A stretch of DNA of 63,655 nt, the filler included, from Hyphochytrium catenoides (Eukaryota > Protista > Hyphochytriomycota): NCBI GenBank assembly GCA_900088475.1. It is 10 parts of 10 records of this genome, joined end to end, with 100 filler letters (N's around TTAATTAATTAA, not from the genome) between each part and the next. Parts side by side here need not be neighbours in the genome. Positions count along the whole stretch, not along the records: positions 13,648 to 29,223 come from FLMG01000438.1; positions 29,324 to 35,400 come from FLMG01000499.1; 8 more parts are not named here. One strand, given 5' to 3'. The notes beneath the pieces were generated by a model that did no database searches, was not told the DNA's origin, and was given only the letters and a program-made list of their open reading frames with translations. Below, one piece after another: positions 26,040 through 35,500 of the stretch. The translations under genes and the position numbers were made by a program. Numbering within the stretch: the stretch's first letter is position 1; each line of letters opens with the position of its first letter.

Positions 26040-27119
26040 CCCCTCTTCTTGTTCTGTGAATTTCTTTCTCCCTCCCATCTCTCTCCATCCTACCTCGCGT
26101 TCTCTCTCTATATACTTACCCTCTGGCATCTTCTGTGACTTCCTTATCTCTCTTTCCCAGACCGTTCTTCTCAAACCTCCTCACCTCACTCACTCAATCT
26201 TGTTCCAGTTCCGCCTCATCTAGTAGCTTGACTGCGACGAAGTGCATAGTAGAGTAGTGAATGTTTCCCTATCAGACAGTGCGGCTATAATATAACGTAC
26301 AAAATAAATATTTCCTCCTTTCCAGTTACCGTTCTACGTCCCAACTTCTTCCCTACCCTTTCCAAAAAATTCCTTTCTCTCTCTATGTCTCTCTTTCTCT
26401 CTTTCACACACAGGCGCTCCTCTTCCCTACCCTACCCCTTTCCTATGCATCTTTTTCTCTTTCTCTCTCTCTCGCTCTCTTTCTTTCTTTCTTTCTCTCT
26501 AGCTTGGTCTATCTGTTTCTTCTTCCAGGCCCCGTCTCTTTTTTCTCCGTTGCTTGTTAGGGGAGGAGTAGACGTCGATGCCTTTTCTCTTCTCCTCTTT
26601 CTTTCTTCTGTCGTTTTCTTCTCTGCTTTGCTCTTATCTAGAAGCTGTTTGTCTCTCTCCTTCTCCTCCCTGTTGCCCTCTGCTTCTTAGTGTTTGCTTC
26701 TTCGCCGCTTCTCTCCTTGTTTCTTTCACCGTCTGCTGCGCCTTTCCGGTCATTTTATGTCACTTTACCTTGTAGCAGAAATAGCAATATTCTCGCTTGT
26801 TATTATCTCCATCGTCGTCTCTTTGTAGGCTATCGATGATCCTCCACGCTAGTAAACGTTATAAATCCTTGTCCTTGCTTAGCTCTTTACCCATCATCTT
26901 TTGCTTGCCCTTCTAGCTGTTCTCCTCCTCGTCCTTTTCAACTTCTGAGTCTTTGGAGGGGAGCATTCTCTCTCTTTTTTTTGGAGCTGCTGTGGCTGTC
27001 TTTCCGCGCTTGCGGAGAAACTCATCTTCTTCTAATGACAGAACAGGAGCCCGTCCTGCATGTTTCAGAAGCCAATCTCCTCTAAGAACGAAATGGCACT
27101 ACGAGCAGCCGCGGTCTTT

Positions 27120-27470
27120 TAACACTATTGAAGAGCACTGTTGGGAATTGGGCGCTGATGCTACGCCCTTAGGTTTATTCAAGAAGGAGTAGAACTCGCA
27201 CTTCATCGTCCATCTCATAATATTGATTTTTCAGCTTGCTGGCGGGCCCCAGTAGCTCGGTGGCTAAGCTGCCTAGGCAGTAGAAGAAGAAAGGAAGCCG
27301 CAGAGGTTGGCTGAATGCGGTGCAGGTGCTACATGCAACTCTCTTTTCTCACGTCTTCTACTCTCTGTCCTACTCCTACCAACCAACTAGACGGAGGCTA
27401 AAACTTAGCGGCTGCTCCGTAACACAAAGGACCCAACTTTGAACCGCTTACTCCATAGTCTTACCGTCGT
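27120..27470 (+). mobile_element. Decayed DIRS-like RT N-terminal fragment
   Basis: With one frameshift it reads WELGADA-YALRFIQEGVELALHRP, followed by QRLAECGA, FYS, LDGG and LNR. This resembles the DIRS pol start. Confidence 0.35.
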
Positions 27471-28342
27471 CGCCCTCATAAGAGCAAGCGCTCGTAGAGT
27501 TCCTTTTCCATCTTGTGCAAAGAAGAGAATGTAAGTTTCTTCTATTGGGAAAACAAGAGAAGAAGGATCCTTTGCATCATCTCGCGGTGACTAGATAACT
27601 TCTTCAAAAGATAAGCGCCTCTGGGCTCCCAGGTCTCTCCGTTGTTCCCACCTCAATCTTATCTCTCTCCAGCGACAACGACTCTATCTGTTCCATTTTA
27701 GTTCTGACACCTTCTTCCTTCCTTGCTGTTCTATCTCCACCATCCCTCTCTTCCATCTCTTCCTTAACCCTCTTCCTTTACCTCATGTCTCCAAATGCTC
27801 CATCTTTTCGCTCTTTCCCTTTTCCTTCTCTGCCATCGGCGGCACCACAAGTCCGAGTAAATGGGTCTGCGGACTCATCTCTACGTTTCCCATATCCTTG
27901 AACAGAGCTCCTCGGTCCTCTTTTTTGGTGGTTTCCATCTCTTTTGCGTCCTATTACTCGTTAGAATAAACTCGAAAGCCACATAGGTTTCCGGCTGTTC
28001 CTGTCTTCTCGGGTTCTTCTCTCCTTGTACTGGAGCAGCACGAACCACGGCCCTTTTTTCAGAGCAACCACTTTCTCTCCTTCTGTCTCTCTCTCTCTCT
28101 CTTTCTTTCTCTCTTTGTCTCAAGTTCGTACGCTTTTTTCACTCCTCTCCGCTTGGCTGCTATATGCTTTGTTCCTCCTCTTTCTATCGTCTGCGGCTGC
28201 CCCCCAAATCTCCAATACTATCTCTATTCCTCTCCCTTCATCCATGCTCTTTCTCTCTTTCCGGTGCGCACTGCTTGATGTCACTTTTCACTCTCTGCGA
28301 GTTGCCGTCCTCTAAGGGTTTAGGATCTCTCTCCCAGCACTT

Positions 28343-29185
28343 TTGTTCTTCGTTTTCCTCCTCTCTCTCTCTTTCTCGTGCCTCCTCCTCCTCGCTCCAG
28401 TCCAGCAAATCCCTGCCTTCGTTTCTCCTCGTCATTTTGCGACTTTACGGTCGTTTGACAGACGGAAGGACCGGGATCTCCCGTCCTTTCATGAGGGACT
28501 AAAGACAGCACTTAAGAGAAGAGGAAAGCAAGAAAAGACGTACACGGATGAGGTCTCTTTTTCGCACTTTCCTCGTTTTCATTCTCTCCTCCTCATCTGT
28601 TCCCCTCTTTTCGTCTCTTTTTTCTCTCCTCCCTCTCCTCCCTACACCAGCCTTTCTCTCTTCTGCAGACGCAGCGCCATCCCTTCACAGTGGAACAGGC
28701 AGGAGACGTTTATGGAGGCAATGCGGGCTCAAAATGTTCCTTTCCAAGTTCACTTCCACTTTGGCACTATACTCAACGCTCTCTCTCTCTCTATTCCATC
28801 TACGCATGGAGTGGCAGACATCTAGGCGCTGACCGCGCTGCCCGGTGTCACTCGGATATCGGCCAACCTCGCGATCCCGAGCCCTCCCTTTAAGGGGAGG
28901 CCCGTCGTAAGAGATGCTGCTTCTGCGGATCGTGTTCTGTACTCCATTGTCCACGCTCACAATTTGACAGGCGTCACTGAGGTTCAGCAGCGCTAATTGT
29001 CCGGTAAAGGAGTCAAAGTGGGCGTGGTAGATACGGGGATCGAAATCCCGGGTTGGCGCTTGTAAGGCGGTCGGACCGGACTGCCGCGTGGCCTTCGGCT
29101 ATGACTTTGTGGGCTCTCTCTTCAACCCCAATCATCCTGTTGAAAGCGCTTCGCACTCCAACGCCGGACGCAGATTGTAGTATGT
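28343..29185 (+). pseudogene. Decayed paralogue of the S8 subtilisin (prodomain plus start of catalytic domain), truncated by the contig end
   Basis: FMEAMRAQNVPFQVHFHFGTILNALSL..I*ALTALPGV..HNLTGVTEVQQR*LSGKGVKVGVVDTGI-(fs)-GACKAVGPDCRVAFGYDFVG aligns to the 20250..23012 protein. Stops at 28823-28825 (TAG) and 28994-28996 (TAA). Confidence 0.85.
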
Positions 29186-29328
29186 AAGAAGAGTGAGTCA
29201 ATGGGTTTAGCTAAGTCTTCGCTNNNNNNNNNNNNNNNNNNNNNNNNNNNNNNNNNNNNNNNNNNNNTTAATTAATTAANNNNNNNNNNNNNNNNNNNNN
29301 NNNNNNNNNNNNNNNNNNNNNNNCCAAA

Positions 29329-29354
29329 CCCCCTCCCTCCGGCCTCCCCTCTAG
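29329..29354 (-). promoter_or_regulatory. Candidate polypurine tract
   Basis: AGAGGGGAGGCCGGAGGGAGGGGG downstream of integrase at the contig end. The 3' LTR is not visible. Confidence 0.4.
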
Positions 29355-29555
29355 GAGAGCTGACCCTCTCTCGCCCTGCCCTGACAAGGTCCCCCTACTC
29401 CAATACTTAAATCTTATCCTATTCAAGTCCTAACTACTTACGTACTTACAAGTGCTTCAGGCTGCACGAAAAACCCACTGACATGCCTATGAACCCCTTC
29501 TCCACAGTGGGAAAACCATGCCCTCACTAGCACACTGCGGCTACCGCTATCAGTC

Positions 29556-32500
29556 CTAACTTCGACGAACCAGAGGCCAGTGTGCTGCTGCTGACCTATC
29601 GCCAGTGATGCTCAGACTGTGAACAACGGGTCCTAGCGTGGAAGTTCCTTCTTCTGCTTGATAGATCAGGCGCAAGTGCTTCCTATGCACCTTGACCCCT
29701 TTCCAGAACACATTACCTGCACCCTTGTGCTCAATAGCTCCCTTGACGAGGTATGTGAGCGGCCCGACTTGACGCATCACTTCGTAAGGCCCCCACCAAT
29801 TCTTGGCCAGTTTTGGAGTCCCTCCTGCCACCTTGTTAAGAATGTAACGCCAGACTTTGTCTCCAGGGAGGAGAGGTGCCAGCGGCGGCGTTGGTAAAGG
29901 CCTCAGACGCCTCGCGACGAATGGCAACGCTTCAGCTGGCCTACGGGTGTTCTCAGACGGCCCTTCACGTGCAGAGTCCTCCTCTGGCTGACCAACTGCT
30001 ATCTGAGCCTGTGCCCTTCGAGCCTTCCGAGCTCTAGCCGTAAGTAGGCTTTGGCGAAAATGTCTCTGCAGGTACGTGATGTAATCCTGAGTGGTCTTAA
30101 ACCTCGTTCGCATTGTATCCTTATTCCGCAATAACAGGTGGTCTCCTGGTACATTCGCTTCTCGTCCTCCGTACATCAGATAGAAGGGCGAAAAGCCCGT
30201 GACTGAGTTTACTGAAAAGCGATATGCCGCCAAGTGGCTTTCTAAGCTATCAGGCCAGTTGGCCTGGTCCTCATCCACGTATTTGCGCACCATATGCTGC
30301 AGTGTCCTGATAAGGCGCTCGGCCGTGGCTGTGGCCCCGTGCTGGTAAGCAGAGTCCACCTCATGTCGAGAGCCTAGTTTCTCAAAAAACTCCTTCACGG
30401 CTTCTGATAAGAAGTATTTGGCGCCATCCGTGACAATGAATTTAGGAACACTATGTCGCGACAGGAATTGCTTGTGCAGAACGTCCACAATGTGGGACGC
30501 CGTCAACTCCTTGAGAGGAAATGCCTCCGGCCAATGGGCCAGTACCTCGACTCCCACGAGGATCCCAATGTAGCCTTCCGGGCTACGAGGCATGTGTTTA
30601 ACATCAAAGACCCAGACCTCATTGACAGCCTCCGGCTGCAAGGTGAATGATTGACTGTTCCTCTGTTTGTCCGTGTGAGGATATTGTTGGCACAACAAAC
30701 ATTGCGCTATATATTCACGAACGTCTTTGTGCAGGCTAGGCCAATAATAGCGTAGCGCTATAGTCTTGTAGGTGCGCGTGACACCAATGTGCGAAGCCTC
30801 ATCATGGAACCAGCGTAATACCTGCCTACGATAGCTCCTGGGCACGAGCAGCACCTTATCCGGCTGTCCTATAGGGGCATCAGCCCTCAACCGATAGACC
30901 AGCCCTTCATGGACAATAAAGGACAATCGTTGTCGCTGCTCTGCAGACGAGTTGAGGACTAGGTCGCGTAATTGCGCAATTTCTGGGTCCTCACGTTGTG
31001 CTAACATGACAGCATGTGTTAAATCCGCTGCCGCTTGCACAATCTTGACAGTGTAACGCGGATCTCGACTAAGCCCGTCCGCGTTGTTGTGCTGTGTACC
31101 CTTCCGATAGACAATCTGAAAGTCGTACTGCATCAGGTACGATATCCATTTAGCCTTAAAGCCTTGGGGGTCCGACGTCTTCATAAGCCCTTCCAAAGGC
31201 TTATGATCCGTCACCACGGTAAACTGCCTTCCTAGCAGATAAAGCCGCAGCTTCTTGACCGCCCAGTAGACTGTCATGGCCTCAAAGTGATGTGGGTCCT
31301 TAGGCTCTGACCCTTTTATACTACGGCTCAGGTATTGCAAGACTTGCTCCCTCCCGTGCTCATCTTGTTGGGCAAAGACTGCTCCTAACGCATCCTTTGA
31401 TCCATCTGTATACACAAACGAGCCGTGCTGCCTTCGCAAAATCAGGTGTATGCAAGAAGACTGGTTCCTCCAGCAACTTGTTCTTTAACTTATCAAATGC
31501 CACCTGTTGCTCTTGCCCCCAACAGAACTGCTTGCCTTTCCCGAGCAAGCGCTGAATAGGAGCTGCCAATTTAGCAAAATCTTTGATGTATCGCCGATAG
31601 TAATTGATCATCCCTAAAAAGACCCTGACCTCCGAGGCGTTCCTCGGAGCTGGCCTCGCAGCTATAGCTTCTACCTTACTTTGTAGCGGGGAGATGCCGC
31701 CGCGCTGTACACGATGCCCTAAGAAGTCGACCGATGGGCATATAAAGTGGCACTTGGCCAACTTCAGCTTGAGACCTTGGGTCCGTAGTCGTCCAAAGAC
31801 GACTTTGAGGTGCTGCAGGGGGTCCTCCCCTTGCCTCGTGAACGTCAGGAGATCGTCAATGTAACAAATAACAAACTTAAAGCGAATGCCTTCCAAGGTA
31901 AAGTCCATCACCTCCTGAAAAATTTTTGGAGAGACCTTAGCGCCCATTGGCAAGCGCTGGTACGCAAAGGCCCCATCATCCGTGAGAAAGGTAAAGACCT
32001 CTCCCATTTCCTCGGTTATCCCGACCTGGTGGAACCCCTCCGCTAGGTCCATAGTGGAGAACCACTGTGCTCCATGAAGTGAATCAAAAAGGTCATCAAC
32101 TAGGGGAATGGGATATGCGTATTTATCTAAGTGCTGATTGACTCGCCGCAGGTCTAGGACACAGCGGTCACCGCCTTTGGGCTTCCTTATTAATAAGAAG
32201 GGTGAGCTGTACCGTGCGTGTGCCGTACGCTTAATAATTCCCTTACTAAGCAACTCCTGCACGTGTTCCTTTACCCTTTTTCGTTCTAACGGAGACAACC
32301 TTCGCTTCGGAGTACCTAACGGTAGTCCTGGGGAGACTGGGACCTGATATGTTCTCCCTTTAAAGTGCCCAAGCGAATCTCCCTCAACCCAGAGAACATC
32401 TCTGGAGCCGAACAAGAGCCCTTCCAAGGCCCTCCGCTGTGGCTCCGGCAAATGAGCAGCTTTTTGTCTGCACAGCTCCTCAAAGGAAAGCGGGTCCTCC

Positions 32501-33123
32501 GCTACCTTCCCGATGATTGTCCCTGGTTGCTCTTGCTCTGCATCCCGCGTAGATGGCCCGTGCAGTCGTAATGTCATCTCCTCTACACCATAGGCGTCCC
32601 GCCCAAGAAGGATGTCAGTTTTCAACCCTTGAACAACCAAAAACTTCCAGTCCACGAAATGTGACCCCATCTGAACCATAAGCCTCACCGACCCTCTGGT
32701 CCTCATCGAGCCGGTGCCTAAAGCATCATACAGCGTCTGCTGCCGTCCCAGCACCTTGACGCTAACGCTGTTGGTCCTCAACCACTCCTGATTGACTAGC
32801 GACACCTCGGCGCCTGTGTCAATCTCTACTCGTGCGCTTTTTCCTTCAACACAGAGCTGTAGTAAGGTGCTCCTCACCTTGACAACATGCATAACCTTCC
32901 CAGTCTGCCGTTGTTTCTGTGTCTGCTGCGCCAGCCCTTCCGAGGCCGGAGCGGCTCCATCCTCAACTGCCAAGGGCACAACCTTCCCAGCGTGTCCTTG
33001 GTCCCTTATCTGCAACGCCGGCCCTTCCGGGGCCGGAGCAGCTACTTCCTCCACCTCGTCTTCCGGCGTGATCGATCCTTCGGAGACTAGAGTCACGCCC
33101 TCTCCGTCTCCAGGCCGTTTCCC
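29556..33123 (-). CDS. pol: Pol (aspartic protease, RT, RNase H, integrase with GPY/F), reached by -1 frameshift, with an extra 1-nt break near 31415-31420
   Basis: EIDTGA (protease); LPMG and YIDD (RT); YTDGS, TDHKPL and NADGLSR (RNase H); H-H-CLLC, VFDV, VTDG, AER and WWGPYEV (integrase). Confidence 0.93.
33065..33123 (-). promoter_or_regulatory. -1 programmed ribosomal frameshift signal: G_GGA_AAC heptamer plus predicted H-type pseudoknot
   Basis: Heptamer at 33123-33117 in gag frame, then a 5-nt spacer. Stem 1 is GGAGACGGAG/CUCU(A)GUCUCC. Loop GGCGUGA pairs with downstream UCACGCC. The -1 frame is the pol ORF. Confidence 0.85.
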
Positions 33124-35165
33124 ACAGCTTTGACTTGGTTCTTAGCGCAGTCCGACTTGAAATGCCCATATTTCTTACAGATGAAGCACTGCACCTCCGC
33201 TAACGGAGTAGCACTTGTGGCCTTCATGACGCCGCTAGGAGCAGTGTGAGGCTTAGGACGCGATGGTCCGTTGGCTTCCTGCCTTGGACTCTGGTGTGGT
33301 TGGCGCGAGGACCGCTGCCCACGGCCCTTGCCTGCCCCTGGCTTTTGCCTTTTCGGGCACTGCTTCCAACTATGAGCGTTGGTGGCGCACTTCCTACATT
33401 TGTAGGTGGTTAAAGGGTCCCCCTCTTTCCGCTCCTGTGCCGCGAAGGACACGTTCTTTTTGTTGCTCAACGCGATGCGATATTTCGCCCGCAACTCCGT
33501 GGCCAGGGCCTCGAAGGTCCCCTTGTCTGTCACGGAGCTGCGGAAGGCTACCAACCCTCGCAACTCCGCCTCCCTAGGATGCTGGGTCAACCCATCGAGG
33601 AGCATTTGACCCATTCTCTGATACGGGAGGGCGCCGCCGGGCCCGTAATAGCCCTCATAATGGCGCCGCAGATCCTTCAAGAGCATTTCTCTCTCGTTAA
33701 CCCAAGTGATCCACGCCATTTTCTCTCCCACCTTAGGTACTTCCCGTACCTGCTCCTCCAACTTAGCTAACGTCTCCTGCACTAAAGAGGTGCTGCCAGC
33801 ATTAAGGAGGTCGCCGTCCAGCAATTCGCGCAGGCGCTTTTCTAACGCCGCATAGGTCTGGCGCTGCTCCTCACTGACTAGCAGCATGACATAATCACAG
33901 TTGGATGCGAGAGATAGCTCTAACGCCTCCATCCTCTGGGCGTCCGTGTAGCACTCCGTGCGTCTTGCCAACGTGCTCAGGTGTTGGCTGAAGCTGCTTT
34001 TCCCATCATATGTGGGAATCCTCTCCCGCTCATGGGCTGGAAGTCCTCCCCGGCTCCCGTTGGCCAAATGTGTTGGGAGCCGCTCGACCGGCGATAGAGA
34101 CCGTTCTCTGGACTGTCTCCACTCCCACTCCTGGTCCTCCTCCGAGTCTGACCTCTCCTCAAGGGCCAAGAACTTAGAGGTTGAAGAACTCTCCCGATTT
34201 TGCCTCCTGTCCCCATCGGAAGACCGCGAGCGACTGCGGGAGCGCTCTCGGGACCCGCTCCTACTCTCTGGTGGAGACGGCGTCCTTGCTCTCCTCCGCG
34301 GAGCTACAGGGCTTCTGTCCCTGCCTGCTGGAGCTCTCTCCCTGCCTCGCCTGTCCCCGTCCTGCAGGTCCTCTGCCCTCTCGTGGTTCCTGCCACTGTA
34401 TGACACTTCCCTTGGGGACGCGGGGGTCCTACCCCGCTCTGAAAGAGCCCGGTTCCTGCCGCGCTCGTCCCTACCTGGGCTTCCCACCCGAGCCCTAGAA
34501 TCGTCCCACTTCCATCGGCTCTGGTCGCCTGGGCTTCCTACCCGGCGCACCCGCGGGGTCCTGCCGCTGAGTGCAGTGCGGGCCGTGCTTCCTGCAGGCC
34601 TTGCGCCACTCGACGTTCCTCCTCGAGCCTGCACTCTCCTATCCCTAGCGCGCTCTGGCGACAGCGTCCCATCGCTCCATCCTGGCGCGCGCCTGCCCGA
34701 GGTCCTGTCGGGTTCAGGCCGACGAGCGCTTCCTGACGCTCGAGTCCTTCTATCGCCGCGATTCCTGTCAACGACGAACGAGGTGGAAGAGTGCCGAGAG
34801 CGAACATTCCTAGTCCTGCTTGCTCCCTGCCATGCTTCCCCTCGGGCGGAACGCTCTTCGTCCCTCACCACGGTTGAATCCGCGCGTTTTCTCTTACGGT
34901 CCTCGGATTCGAATTGACGTTCCACCGCCCTTCGTACGATTTCAGTTATCTCTTCCACCATGGCCGGTGGAATCAACCTAGCGGTATCAGCAGCGGAGGG
35001 AGATGAAGCCGTTAGATCTTGCGCGTGCCGCACTGGGTTCCTACCTGTCCCGCCGGCTGCTGCGCGGGGCGTGCCTGCGCTTCGAGTCCGTCCACGGCCG
35101 GCGGTTTGACTGCGGCCTCCCGTGCGCTCCTGATGAGACGCTGCTTGACTCCGCGTCGCGACCAT
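33093..35165 (-). CDS. gag: Gag, 690 aa, with long Arg/Ser-rich N-terminus and two CCHC zinc knuckles
   Basis: Knuckles CRKCATNAHSWKQC and CFICKKYGHFKSDC. IPTYDGKSS capsid-like start. Confidence 0.88.
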   Translation of the reverse strand: MVATRSQAASHQERTGGRSQTAGRGRTRSAGTPRAAAGGTGRNPVRHAQDLTASSPSAADTARLIPPAMVEEITEIVRRAVERQFESEDRKRKRADSTVVRDEERSARGEAWQGASRTRNVRSRHSSTSFVVDRNRGDRRTRASGSARRPEPDRTSGRRAPGWSDGTLSPERARDRRVQARGGTSSGARPAGSTARTALSGRTPRVRRVGSPGDQSRWKWDDSRARVGSPGRDERGRNRALSERGRTPASPREVSYSGRNHERAEDLQDGDRRGRERAPAGRDRSPVAPRRRARTPSPPESRSGSRERSRSRSRSSDGDRRQNRESSSTSKFLALEERSDSEEDQEWEWRQSRERSLSPVERLPTHLANGSRGGLPAHERERIPTYDGKSSFSQHLSTLARRTECYTDAQRMEALELSLASNCDYVMLLVSEEQRQTYAALEKRLRELLDGDLLNAGSTSLVQETLAKLEEQVREVPKVGEKMAWITWVNEREMLLKDLRRHYEGYYGPGGALPYQRMGQMLLDGLTQHPREAELRGLVAFRSSVTDKGTFEALATELRAKYRIALSNKKNVSFAAQERKEGDPLTTYKCRKCATNAHSWKQCPKRQKPGAGKGRGQRSSRQPHQSPRQEANGPSRPKPHTAPSGVMKATSATPLAEVQCFICKKYGHFKSDCAKNQVKAVGNGLETERA

Positions 35166-35302
35166 GCTTTCTCTCTCCTTGTTACTGTGTTGTTCTGACC
35201 CTCCCAGGTTCGCCTCGTTACCTTCCTCTCTTCTCTTTTCCCTAGCCGAGCCCCAGCGTCCGGCCAGCTTTCGACTTGAGAACCCAAGAAAAGAAGATGA
35301 AG

Positions 35303-35314
35303 CTCAAGCTACCA
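35303..35314 (-). promoter_or_regulatory. Primer-binding site TGGTAGCTTGAG (initiator tRNA-Met-like)
   Basis: Immediately follows the LTR 3' terminus ...CTACA at 35315. Complementary to a tRNA ending in GCUACCA. Confidence 0.7.
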
Positions 35315-35400
35315 TGTAGTATAGTGAAGGAGACTTGTGTGAAGTCAGGGAAATTGGTGACTGCCATTAGATGGTTCGGGAGACTTGGGAGCAGACAGGC
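35315..35400 (-). repeat. Partial 5' LTR (U5 end)
   Basis: Ends in CA directly before the PBS. Cut by the contig end. Confidence 0.65.
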
Positions 35401-35500
35401 NNNNNNNNNNNNNNNNNNNNNNNNNNNNNNNNNNNNNNNNNNNNTTAATTAATTAANNNNNNNNNNNNNNNNNNNNNNNNNNNNNNNNNNNNNNNNNNNN

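Larger units (their letters stand above)
29324..35400 (-). mobile_element. Ty3/Gypsy LTR retrotransposon occupying an entire contig (LTRs truncated)
   Basis: gag followed by PR-RT-RH-IN order. LTR end ...ACTACA abuts a TGG-initiated PBS. A purine tract lies near the 3' contig end. No microsatellites. Confidence 0.95.

Noticed and set aside
33958-34917. 319-aa antisense ORF within gag
   Set aside because: Shadow of GC-rich low-complexity gag codons, with no motif.
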